A stretch of DNA of 64,000 nucleotides. Source: Candidatus Eiseniibacteriota bacterium. GTDB taxonomy: Bacteria > Eisenbacteria > RBG-16-71-46. A program made the position numbers and the translations under genes. Position 1 is the stretch's first letter, and the number at the start of each line of letters is the position of its first letter. Shown piece by piece: positions 55,754-64,000 of the stretch. The notes beneath the pieces were generated by a model. The model did no database searches, was not told where the DNA came from, and worked only from the letters and a program-made list of their open reading frames with translations. The stretch lies in NCBI GenBank assembly GCA_963776245.1, contig CAVZLN010000003.1:288001-352000 (forward strand), written 5' to 3'.

Positions 55754-56830
55754 TCACTCGACCTTGTGATCGGTGGGCTGGATGCCGCTCACGAGCCACT
55801 CGCCGCCGGTCAGCGCGAACTGCAGATCGTAGGCCTCGCCGGCGCCGCGCAGGAAGACCATGTGGGTCGCCGTCTCGTCGGTGGCCGGCGCCACGCGCCA
55901 CAGCCCCCGCGACTGCGCGAACCCCTCGCGCCGCGCGACCTCGACGAGGGAGCGGTCGGAGACCAGCGCCTCGGCGGTGGTGCGGTCGTTGGTCACCAGC
56001 GCCTGGATGAAGCGCACGAAGGTCGAGTAGGGCGAGGGGGACTCCTCCTCGGACTGGACCACGAACCCATCGCGTCCCCACGCGAGCCGCCGCACCCGGT
56101 AGATGTGGGGACAGGTCGTGCATTCCTCGAAGCCGCGGTTCGTCCGGTAGGTGCGCGTCACCAGCATGAGCGTGTCCCCACGCGTCTCGAAATCGCCGGT
56201 CCCGGCGCCCCCCAGCGAATCCGGGCCGAGGGTCTGCGCCACCTCCCAGCCCTGGGGATTGCGGGTCCACACCACCAGGTAGAGCTGGCTCCCGACGGGC
56301 GCGCGCCGGTCCAGCAGGAGCGCCACCGCCGGCGGCACCGAGTCGCGGGCGCCGTCGGCGCGCAGCCCGCGGCTGGCCAGCTGGAGCAGTCGCATCGAAC
56401 GCCCCTCGAGCGGCTGGGACTCCGGCCCGCGCGGGCCGCACCAGAACAGGTACGGCCACGAGCCCGCCGCCGGGTCGGCGCGGGAGAAGAAGTTCACCGC
56501 CAGCGCGCAGCGGCCGCCGGCGAGCTCCATGCCCACCCCGAGCGAATCGAGGAAGACCTGCGCGCGAGCCGTCCAGTCCTCGGGCGCGGCGGCCGCCAGC
56601 GCGAGCCCGAGCGCCCGCGCCGAGGCCCGGGCCGCCGCTTCGCCGCCGCCCGGCGCGTCCCACGCCTGCTGCGCCTGCCGCGTGAGGATCACGGTCGAAT
56701 CCAGCCTCGCGGTCGAGAGCGAATCGCCGGCGGGATATTCCACGTGGGGACGCCGGCCACAGCCGCTCGCCGACGCCAGCAGGGCGGCGCAGGCGCAGGC
56801 GAGCACGACCCGGTGCGCGCGCACGCTCAT
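55754..56830 (-). CDS. Hypothetical lipoprotein (paralog of the upstream gene)
   Basis: Lipobox ASGC; LDSLG, CTTCPH, PSPYSTFVRF, FALTGGEWLV. Confidence 0.75.
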   Translation of the reverse strand: MSVRAHRVVLACACAALLASASGCGRRPHVEYPAGDSLSTARLDSTVILTRQAQQAWDAPGGGEAAARASARALGLALAAAAPEDWTARAQVFLDSLGVGMELAGGRCALAVNFFSRADPAAGSWPYLFWCGPRGPESQPLEGRSMRLLQLASRGLRADGARDSVPPAVALLLDRRAPVGSQLYLVVWTRNPQGWEVAQTLGPDSLGGAGTGDFETRGDTLMLVTRTYRTNRGFEECTTCPHIYRVRRLAWGRDGFVVQSEEESPSPYSTFVRFIQALVTNDRTTAEALVSDRSLVEVARREGFAQSRGLWRVAPATDETATHMVFLRGAGEAYDLQFALTGGEWLVSGIQPTDHKVE

Positions 56831-58002
56831 CGCTTCGCCCCGCCTCCGGCCGGAGTCGGCGGAGGCGCGGGGGCTGTGGAGGGCGGGCGCACCGGCAACC
56901 AGTCATGGATCACCCAGCGACCCGCCTTGAGCTCGAAGTGGACGATGTAGAGCTGGCGCTTCGCGTCGCGGAAGCGGATGGCGAGCCAGCGCGGCCACTG
57001 CTCGTCGGGCTCGGCGTACTCCACCGCCCAGGTGCCCGGCGCGCGCCGGGCGCCCCAGCCGAGCGCGAGCGCCTCGTCGAGCCGCCGGGGCTCGACCAGC
57101 AGGCGCGCGGCGCCGGCGCGGTTCTGGTTCTGCAGGTAGCGCACGAACAGCGTGAAGGTCGAGAGCGGGGTGGGCAGCAGTCGCGAATCCTGCAGGACGA
57201 AGCCCTCCCGGCGCTCGACGAACATCGTCTCGTCGATCAGGCCCGGGCACTCGCGGCACACCGTGACCAGCGAGTCCGGGCGCGACCGGGTCCAGAGCAC
57301 GAGTTCAGGCAGGCCGTCGCCGTTCACGTCGGCGAACGCGCCGCGGCCCCGGCCCTCGTCCCCCAGGCGGTCCACCGACTGCACGATGTCCCACACGTCG
57401 CCCGCGCTGGAGAGCCCGAGCAGCACCCAGCTCAGCGCGCCGTCCCGCGCGCGATCGAGCACGCACAGTGAGTACGGGTGCTCGGTGCGCCCGGTGTGCC
57501 ACACGCGCAGCTGCGGTTCCCGGCCGCTGGGCAGGAGGATGCCCTGCTGGTGGTAGATCCGGCCGCGGTACCAGAACACGAACCCCACCGCCATCGCGGT
57601 CGCGCGGTCGGGATTGCGCACCGACACGAGCACGAAGTGGGGCATCTCCGGATCCACGCGCACCGCGGTCTCGAGGCCGAGCGAGTCGAGCACGCTCTCG
57701 ATGGCGATGGCCTGGGCCATGCCGTCGCGCCCCAGCGAGCGCAGCAGCTCGCGCGCCATGTCGGCAACGATCTCGTAGGGCCGGAAGTTGACGGCGCTCA
57801 CGGTGTCGCTGGCCTGGACGCGGAACAGCGCGCGGGCCTCGGCAGCGTGGACGGCGAGCGTGTCGCTCGACGGGGGCATCCACGGCTTCACGGTCTGTGC
57901 GTGTCCGGCCGGCGGAGCCAGCGGCGCGGCCGCGAGCAGCAGGCACAGCGCCGCCGACCGCGCGAGTGCTCGGTGAGTGAACGATGCAGGTCCTGTGCGC
58001 AG
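56827..58002 (-). CDS. Hypothetical secreted protein (paralog of the downstream gene); start probably CTG 58002
   Basis: The frame is open upstream of GTG 57891 and encodes a signal peptide (SAALCLLLAAAPLAPPAGHAQ); LDSLG, DVNGDG, CRECPG, PTPLSTFTLF, FELKAGRWVI. Confidence 0.7.
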   Translation of the reverse strand: MRTGPASFTHRALARSAALCLLLAAAPLAPPAGHAQTVKPWMPPSSDTLAVHAAEARALFRVQASDTVSAVNFRPYEIVADMARELLRSLGRDGMAQAIAIESVLDSLGLETAVRVDPEMPHFVLVSVRNPDRATAMAVGFVFWYRGRIYHQQGILLPSGREPQLRVWHTGRTEHPYSLCVLDRARDGALSWVLLGLSSAGDVWDIVQSVDRLGDEGRGRGAFADVNGDGLPELVLWTRSRPDSLVTVCRECPGLIDETMFVERREGFVLQDSRLLPTPLSTFTLFVRYLQNQNRAGAARLLVEPRRLDEALALGWGARRAPGTWAVEYAEPDEQWPRWLAIRFRDAKRQLYIVHFELKAGRWVIHDWLPVRPPSTAPAPPPTPAGGGAKR

Positions 58003-58036
58003 TGGAGATCTCCGGTCCGGTCGGGTGGAGCGCGCG

Positions 58037-59320
58037 TCAGCGGCGCGGCGCGCGCGCGATCGGCGATGCCCGGGTCGCCGTCGCCGGGGAGGCCGCCGGC
58101 GGATCGCGATAGTAATACAACCGCAGGAGCGGCGGAATGTAGGCCGAGGCGGGCGAGTACGATGAGAAGGTCGTGGTCCCGGTCAGGGAGTAGCCCGCTG
58201 GCGCCCCGAACTGCACGCCGCTCTGCACGTGCGCCGTCAGGGAATCGGATCGGAACACCACGGCGCCCGCCGCGGGAACGAACGTGCCCCCGGCAAGCCG
58301 GCCGTGTCCGGTGTCGATGAAGGGCGGGCCGCCGAACGCCGCGGTGCATCCGTCGAAGTCGGTCGTGGTGCCGTACACGGCGGGAGCGCCGATCGACGGG
58401 GTGGCGCTGATCGGCCAGAGGAGGATCGCCGCGCCTGCGAGCCGGAGTCCGCGCGGCGCGCTGCCGACCGTCCATCGGATGGCGGAGTTGTAGCCCCCCC
58501 CCAGGATGAACGTGGTGCTCCCGCAGTTGGTGGTGGTCGGGCGCTGGCTCGAGATCGAGCAGAAGGTGGAGACCGGCAGCTCCAGCGAGTCGATGGCCGC
58601 ATCCGCGGCGACGGTCGTGAAGCACCACGCCGGGCCCGCGGCCTGCTCGCCGGTATCGAGGTTGGTGGCGCGCACCGACCACCACAGGGTGCTCGCGTGT
58701 CCCAGCCGCGCCGGCGCCACGCGCCGGGGGCTCGAGGTCACGAACCGCGAGCCGGCGTGGAGCGCGGCCGTCGCCGAGTCGGCGGCGGTGAACAGCTCGT
58801 AGCTCACCTGCCCCGCCTCCGGCTCGGTGGCGTCCCAGCCGAATGCCGCGAACGGTGACTGGCCGAGGGCATGGTGCGCGGGAACGGGGTGCTCGAGACG
58901 GCGCAGCGTGGTGGTGGTGAACTGCCAGAAGTACACCGAATCGAGCGCCACCCCGTCCGCCGTCGCGATCCGGGGCGAGAGCTCGATGGTGTAGGTGCGC
59001 CGCAGGCGCAGCCCCTCGAGCGGCACGACGCGCAGCGTGCGCGTGGCGGTGTCGTACGACACCGTCGAGAGGACGCGCGCGGCGTCCAGCTTGAGGAACA
59101 CCGTGGTGGGGTTCACCGTCGCGGGGGCGAGCGGCGCCCGGAAGCGGGCCCAGATCGGGGTGGTGAGCGGCACGCGCACCGAGCGCGCGGCCGGGAACAC
59201 CTCCTCGATCGCGGGCCCCAGCCGCGCCACGGGCGCGGTGGGCGCGGGCCTCGAGTCGCACCCCGCGAGCAGCGCCAGCGCCAGCACCGGCCAGGCGAGC
59301 GCCCGGAGTGGCGGGCTCAC
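58037..59320 (-). CDS. Lipoprotein with bacterial Ig-like (Big_5-type) domain
   Basis: GTG 59320 overlaps the upstream stop; lipobox LAGC; PLAPATVNPTTVFL..YTIEL..DGVALDSVYFWQFTT. Confidence 0.8.
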   Translation of the reverse strand: MSPPLRALAWPVLALALLAGCDSRPAPTAPVARLGPAIEEVFPAARSVRVPLTTPIWARFRAPLAPATVNPTTVFLKLDAARVLSTVSYDTATRTLRVVPLEGLRLRRTYTIELSPRIATADGVALDSVYFWQFTTTTLRRLEHPVPAHHALGQSPFAAFGWDATEPEAGQVSYELFTAADSATAALHAGSRFVTSSPRRVAPARLGHASTLWWSVRATNLDTGEQAAGPAWCFTTVAADAAIDSLELPVSTFCSISSQRPTTTNCGSTTFILGGGYNSAIRWTVGSAPRGLRLAGAAILLWPISATPSIGAPAVYGTTTDFDGCTAAFGGPPFIDTGHGRLAGGTFVPAAGAVVFRSDSLTAHVQSGVQFGAPAGYSLTGTTTFSSYSPASAYIPPLLRLYYYRDPPAASPATATRASPIARAPRR

Positions 59321-61674
59321 CGGATCACCACGAAGCGTCCGACCTGGCGGCCGAGCGCGGAGTCCACGGTGAACATGTAGATCCCCGATTCGACCTCCTG
59401 GCCGTTGCGCGACACCAGGTTCCACGCCGCCTGACCGTCCCCGTTCGAGGCGTCGTGATCGATCTGGGCCACCCAGTCACCGGCCACCGTCCACACCTTG
59501 ATGACGCAACGGGCGCGCGGCAGCCCCATGAAGTCGAGATGGCGCGTCAGCCGGCTCCCGTCCACCGGGGGGAGGTCCCAGTCGGCCCGCGCGCGGAACG
59601 GATTCGGCACCACCCAGACCTCACCCGCGCGTGCGCGCGCCGCGCTGTGCGGGGTCACCACCTGGTCGAAGGTGGCGAGCAGCGGGCTCTCGAGCACGCG
59701 CCGCGTCGGCGTGCCGTCGGGCGCCCGGGTGACCCGCTCATAGCGGCTGGTCACGGTGTAGAGGTAGGGGAAGCCGTCGAGCACCGTGCTGTCGCTCACG
59801 GCGTAGCGGCCCACGGGATAGAGCTTCTGCTCGTAGAGGATGCGCTCGTAGTCCACGGTGGTGTCGGTCACGCTGGAGAGCAGCACCTCGCTGTTGCGCT
59901 GGTCGAACGCGTAGGCGTTGACCAGCGCCCAGCGCTCGGGCGGCGGCAGCAGCGCCTGGCGGCCGCGCCAGTCGGCGATGCGGTAGAGCCGATAGCCGAG
60001 GAATCGCGACTCGGAGGTGCCGAGTTGCCCGCCGGCCAGCAACACCTCGGGGCGGTTGTCCCACGCGACATCCACCGCGTGGTCGCGCGCGGTCACCCGG
60101 AAGCCCGGCGGGGGCGGGACCTCGCCCGGGTCGAGCCAGCGCAGGACGCTCTCGTACCCGGCCAGTCCGGTGCACTCGTCACAGTCGGTGTCGGTCCACA
60201 CGCAGTGGCCGTGCGCGAAGTGCGCGACCACCTCCGGGACCTCGAGGTTGCGGAGCTTGGCGGGGCAGTGGGGGTCGAGATCGAACTGCACCCCGGGCGG
60301 GGGCTCGATGCACGCCTCGTGGCCATTGGTCCCGCTGATCCCCTCGTCCCAGTTGTTCGGGTACGCGCCGACGACCGAGTCCGGCAGCAGATTCAGACGG
60401 GTCCCGTTCTGGAGCACCGCCGCCGCCCCGATCGCGGTCAGCAGGCTCTCGGGGCTCTCGGCCGCGACCAGCGCGAGGTCGAAATCGATCGACTGGCCCG
60501 GCGCCAGCGACGGGAACGGGCCGCACGACACGAGCACCGACCAGTCGCCGGTGGCGGTGGGGTTGGCGCCCTGGGCGCGGCCGGCGAGCGCCTCGTAGCG
60601 CTCGGCGTCCACCACCGGCGGCCCCCCCATGCCCGGCACGTCCCCGCGGCGGAAGGCGGTGGTCGTGAAGGCGACCCGGCCGGGCGCGCGGGCGTACTCG
60701 CTCAGCTGTCCCATCCGGGCGAACGGATCGGTGGTGTGGTCGAGCGGCACCACCGCGACCACCGGCAGACCGGAACCCGGCGTGTCGTCGGCCACGTACG
60801 TCACGCGTTGCGTGAGCACGTCCGCGCAGGCGAGCGAGGCGGGCTGCTGGGGCACGCCGTTCGCCGCCACGCGCGAGACCCCGAGGGGGACCTGCCGGGA
60901 GTAGGTCAGTTCGCGCACCACGTCGTTCAGGTGGCCGGCACGGTCGGAACGCAGGCGCGAATCGAGGTCGGCGAACAACCCGACGTAGAGCCCTCGCAGG
61001 GTCTGCGCGCTGTGATTGGTGACGTGGAAACTCAGCCCGGCGATGCGGTCGGCGCCCGGCACGGACCACGCGTAGGCCTCCTGATGCACCGAGAGGCCCA
61101 GCGGCATGTGCTCTTCGCCATTGTTGTACACGAAGCGCGCCTCCGGCCGGTCGTCCACGTAGTCCGCGGCGAGCATCTGCTGGGAGAACATCCCGAGATC
61201 CTCGTCCACCTCGCCGTCGCCATCGTCGTCCCGGCCGTTCAGGATCTCCTCGTCCGTGCGTCCGTCGTGGTCGTCGTCCACCAGCCTCCGGGCACCCAGC
61301 CGGTCCCGCCACGCCACGCGCACCCGGTCCTCGGGGTCGAGCGTGGGGCGGAACTCGAGCATCGGTCCGCCCGAGACGCGCGGCGACCCGTCGCTGCCGT
61401 ACCCGCCCACCCACAGTTCGGCGTGGTTCAGCAGCTCCATCCCGGAACCGCGCGGGTACTCGAACGACGCGTCGTACGACAGCCCGAGATCGAAGAACGC
61501 GTTGCCGAGGATGCCGGCATTGGTGATCCGCAGCGCGAACCGGCCGGCCTCGAGCAGCGGCCCCCGGTCCCGATTGTCGAGGATGGCGCGGGCGCACGGC
61601 ACGGCCAGCGCGCTCGCCAGGAGCGCGAGGACACCGATGAGCGGGAGGCGGGAACGACGGGCGGCGCTGGACAA
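59317..61674 (-). CDS. Large secreted protein with Ca-binding DxDxDG motifs and a T9SS/FlgD-like C-terminal domain
   Basis: TTG start after GGAGG, signal peptide, FEYPRGSG, DDDHDGRTDEE/DDDGDGEVDED, GYRLYR, C-terminal VVPNPF..FMGLP..WNLVSRNGQEVESGIY..GRFVVIR. Confidence 0.8.
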   Translation of the reverse strand: MSSAARRSRLPLIGVLALLASALAVPCARAILDNRDRGPLLEAGRFALRITNAGILGNAFFDLGLSYDASFEYPRGSGMELLNHAELWVGGYGSDGSPRVSGGPMLEFRPTLDPEDRVRVAWRDRLGARRLVDDDHDGRTDEEILNGRDDDGDGEVDEDLGMFSQQMLAADYVDDRPEARFVYNNGEEHMPLGLSVHQEAYAWSVPGADRIAGLSFHVTNHSAQTLRGLYVGLFADLDSRLRSDRAGHLNDVVRELTYSRQVPLGVSRVAANGVPQQPASLACADVLTQRVTYVADDTPGSGLPVVAVVPLDHTTDPFARMGQLSEYARAPGRVAFTTTAFRRGDVPGMGGPPVVDAERYEALAGRAQGANPTATGDWSVLVSCGPFPSLAPGQSIDFDLALVAAESPESLLTAIGAAAVLQNGTRLNLLPDSVVGAYPNNWDEGISGTNGHEACIEPPPGVQFDLDPHCPAKLRNLEVPEVVAHFAHGHCVWTDTDCDECTGLAGYESVLRWLDPGEVPPPPGFRVTARDHAVDVAWDNRPEVLLAGGQLGTSESRFLGYRLYRIADWRGRQALLPPPERWALVNAYAFDQRNSEVLLSSVTDTTVDYERILYEQKLYPVGRYAVSDSTVLDGFPYLYTVTSRYERVTRAPDGTPTRRVLESPLLATFDQVVTPHSAARARAGEVWVVPNPFRARADWDLPPVDGSRLTRHLDFMGLPRARCVIKVWTVAGDWVAQIDHDASNGDGQAAWNLVSRNGQEVESGIYMFTVDSALGRQVGRFVVIR

Positions 61675-61712
61675 GGGTCCTGAGTTGCTCCTCCGAGGGG
61701 CGGGGACGACCG

Positions 61713-61741
61713 ATTGTAGACAGGTGCCCGCGGCACGGAAA
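61713..61741 (-). promoter_or_regulatory. Putative sigma70 promoter of the secreted-protein operon
   Basis: Minus strand TTTCCG-N17-TACAAT. Confidence 0.5.
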
Positions 61742-61821
61742 GGGCGACTTCGGTTCCCGCGTGACGGACGCGCGGAAGGGCGGGACCAGCGTGGTCCCGC
61801 CCCCCGGGACCGCGAAGGTGT

Positions 61822-61851
61822 TTGAAGGGCGGGGCGGGACACGCCTAGAAT
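61822..61851 (+). promoter_or_regulatory. Sigma70 promoter
   Basis: TTGAAG-N18-TAGAAT. Confidence 0.6.
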
Positions 61852-61903
61852 GCGGCGGCCCCCCAGAGGTGAGGTGAGCGTGGATCGAGGGGAGGGGATT
61901 GGG

Positions 61904-62095
61904 ATGGAAGCCAGCTACCCCGAGTGCCGGAAGTGCCATGAAGGTGTGCTGCTCCCGCTCTCGGACTACGGCCGGGACGGCGCGCCCATCACCTATAAGG
62001 CCTGGGTGTGCAGCAATCCGATCTGCGGCTTCAACCTGCGCATCGACAATGGCGAGATCAGCCTCGGACGCACCATCGGGGTGTCGGCCAAGTAG
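61904..62095 (+). CDS. Small zinc-ribbon protein (63 aa)
   Basis: GGAGG RBS; CRKC..LLPLSDYG..YKAWVCSNPICGF. Confidence 0.85.
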   Translation: MEASYPECRKCHEGVLLPLSDYGRDGAPITYKAWVCSNPICGFNLRIDNGEISLGRTIGVSAK

Positions 62096-62158
62096 GCCGC
62101 CCGACCCCACGCAGCGCCGCGCGCCGCGCGGTCCCCACGGGCCAAGGAGATCGATCGA

Positions 62159-62920
62159 TTGATCCGCGCCATCGTCTTCGACGTCGATAACACGCTCGTC
62201 GACTTCATGAAGATGAAGCGCGACGCGATCACCGCGGCGATCGACGGCATGATCGACGCGGGCCTGCGTCTGCCCCGGGATGCCGTGCGGGAGCGCATCG
62301 ACGCGATCTACCAGGCGAAGGGTCTCGAGTACCAGCAGGTCTTCAACGACCTGCTCGAGCGCGAGACCGGCACCCTGGATCCCCGCATCCTGGCCTCCGG
62401 CATCCTCGCCTACCGTCGCGCGCGGGAGTCCGCGCTCGTCCTGTACCCGCACATCCAGCTCACGCTGATCGAGCTGCTCAAGCGCGGCATCCGCCTCGGC
62501 GTGGTCTCCGACGCCCCGCGCGAGCAGGTGTGGCTGAGGTTGTGCTCGCTCTCGCTCCAGCACGTGTTCGATGCGGTCGTGACGTTCGACGACACCGGCC
62601 GGCGCAAGCCCAGCCCGGCGCCGTTCCGCAAGGTGCTCCGCCTGCTCGACGTGGAGCCCGGCGAGGCGCTGATGGTGGGCGACTGGGCGGAGCGCGACGT
62701 GGTGGGCGGCAAGAAGCTCGGCATGAAGACCGCGTTCGCTCGCTACGGCGACGCGTTCGACACCGTGGAGTCGGGCGCGGATCACGATATCGACGACCCG
62801 ATGGAGCTGGTGGCCATCGTGGACGCGATCAACGGCTCGCCCGGCCCACGGGCGAGCAGGGGCGCCCGCCGGTCGGCGGCGCCCCGTCGACCGACCCGCA
62901 CCCGGAGGATGCATGGCTGA
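62159..62920 (+). CDS. HAD-superfamily hydrolase (subfamily IA)
   Basis: AAGGAG RBS with TTG start; FDVDNTL, VSD, RKPSP, MVGDWAERDVVG. Confidence 0.92.
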   Translation: MIRAIVFDVDNTLVDFMKMKRDAITAAIDGMIDAGLRLPRDAVRERIDAIYQAKGLEYQQVFNDLLERETGTLDPRILASGILAYRRARESALVLYPHIQLTLIELLKRGIRLGVVSDAPREQVWLRLCSLSLQHVFDAVVTFDDTGRRKPSPAPFRKVLRLLDVEPGEALMVGDWAERDVVGGKKLGMKTAFARYGDAFDTVESGADHDIDDPMELVAIVDAINGSPGPRASRGARRSAAPRRPTRTRRMHG

Positions 62921-63251
62921 AGCGAAGGTCAAGGCAGCGAAGGTGAAGATCGTCCCGCCGCCCGACCCCAAGAGCGCGGATGGCAGGTTCCACGTGTACG
63001 TCTTCGACGTGTTCCACAAGGAATTCCTGCCCGGCAAGACGTTCGACACCATCGAGCGCGCGGTCCAGTACCAGCGCCAGGCGCAGGAGCACATCTACCT
63101 CGAGCAGGAGGCGGATCCGGCGCTCTTCGACCTGCCGTTCATCTCCTCCGATCCCGGGTTGCTCGAGCGCGTCCGCAGCGATGCCGCTTTCCGGACGGCG
63201 CTGGTCCGTGACCTGACGTCGGACGCCCGCGGGCGCGCGCGCCGGCGCTGA
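62913..63251 (+). CDS. Hypothetical protein (112 aa)
   Basis: GGAGG RBS, coding-like GC3 bias, overlaps the HAD stop. Confidence 0.7.
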   Translation: MAEAKVKAAKVKIVPPPDPKSADGRFHVYVFDVFHKEFLPGKTFDTIERAVQYQRQAQEHIYLEQEADPALFDLPFISSDPGLLERVRSDAAFRTALVRDLTSDARGRARRR

Positions 63252-63258
63252 GGCGCGC

Positions 63259-64000
63259 GTGCTCCTCGCCGCCGTCACGGTGATCGCCGCGCTGTCCGGG
63301 GAGGGCCCGCGGGTGCCGGGGCTCGCGCTGCGCTTCGGCGAGACGGTCGGACACGTGGATTCGACGCATCGCTGGCTGGCCCAGGCCGCCGGCCCGGGGG
63401 GCGGCGAATCGCGCACCGCGCGCGCGCCCTTCTTCGGGATCCCGGCCACGGTGAAGCTCTACTTCGAGAGCGGCCGCCTCGCGCGCGCCGAGGCGGCCGT
63501 GGACTCCGCCACCGCCCGCCACGCCGACTACGTGCAGGACGAACTGCGCCGCCTCGGGCTGCGCCGCCGATGCGCGGAGGACTCGCCGAGCCAGAGCCGA
63601 TGCACGTGGGACGGGCGCGCCTCGGTCCAGCTCACCATCCAGAAGGACCACATCACCGCCACGATGGAGCCTCCGCCACGGGAGGCCGAGCCCGCCTCGG
63701 TCGTGACGGCGCCGCCCGAGATCCCCGGCGGCGGCGCGGCGGTGCACGGGGCGCCTCCGCCCACGGAGTCCGCGCCCACGGTGGTCGATTCGTGCGTCCC
63801 GCGACTCCCCCCCGCGGCCCGGCGCGCCGGCATCCAGGGCCGGGTGTACGTGTCGGCGCTGATTGACACCGCCGGCCGGGTCGTCGACGTCCGTGTCCAG
63901 GGCGGCATCCCCGAGCTGAACGACGCCGCCCTGGCCTGCGCGCGTCGCTACCGCTTCCTGCCCGCCCGCTCGAAGGGCCGTCCCGAACCCGCGTGGACCA
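63259..64000 (+). CDS. TonB C-terminal domain protein, truncated by the window end
   Basis: Hand translation: PPAARRAGIQGRVYVSALIDTAGRVVDVRVQGGIPELNDAALACARRYRFLPA..G.P; no stop in the window, so absent from the ORF track. Confidence 0.8.
   Translation, partial: MLLAAVTVIAALSGEGPRVPGLALRFGETVGHVDSTHRWLAQAAGPGGGESRTARAPFFGIPATVKLYFESGRLARAEAAVDSATARHADYVQDELRRLGLRRRCAEDSPSQSRCTWDGRASVQLTIQKDHITATMEPPPREAEPASVVTAPPEIPGGGAAVHGAPPPTESAPTVVDSCVPRLPPAARRAGIQGRVYVSALIDTAGRVVDVRVQGGIPELNDAALACARRYRFLPARSKGRPEPAWT

Noticed and set aside
61904..62095. c-type cytochrome from the CRKCH motif
   Set aside because: No signal peptide, and a second Cys pair (CSNPIC) completes a zinc ribbon.

Overview
A 64-kb window from a very GC-rich diderm bacterium. 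Gene content (OmpA, FadL, TonB, a DUF4159/DUF4175/TPR operon, a secreted protein with a T9SS/FlgD-like C-terminal domain) suggests an FCB-superphylum or Eisenbacteria-like lineage; this is inference only. Most of the window is core chromosome: guaB, secDF, folP-cdaA, tRNA(CAT)-tilS-hpt-ftsH, a fatty-acid uptake/beta-oxidation cluster (fadJ-like, fadI-like, TPR protein, fadD, fadL, SGNH lipoprotein), an ArnT/AsnB/GT-C envelope-modification cassette, a FIST/hybrid kinase pair, a multiheme cytochrome c-cytochrome b fusion and an MrfA-methyltransferase-MrfB repair-like operon. Several genes carry single-base frameshifts that look like assembly indel errors. Most notable candidates: (1) a degenerate chemosensory pair at the left edge (an MCP with a remodelled tip, plus a CheA-like protein lacking the phospho-His and ATP-binding boxes but keeping a CheW-like domain), largely missed by the ORF track; (2) an unannotated structured sRNA or small-ORF transcript behind an ECF-type promoter between ftsH and fadJ; (3) a leader with a uORF and terminator upstream of a double-zinc-ribbon/cold-shock fusion gene; (4) a small-molecule methyltransferase wedged into the MrfAB operon; (5) a secreted TPR protein in the beta-oxidation operon, a possible periplasmic lipid carrier. 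No CRISPR array, transposase, integrase or prophage was seen. Family assignments come from motif recognition by eye; no database searches were run.
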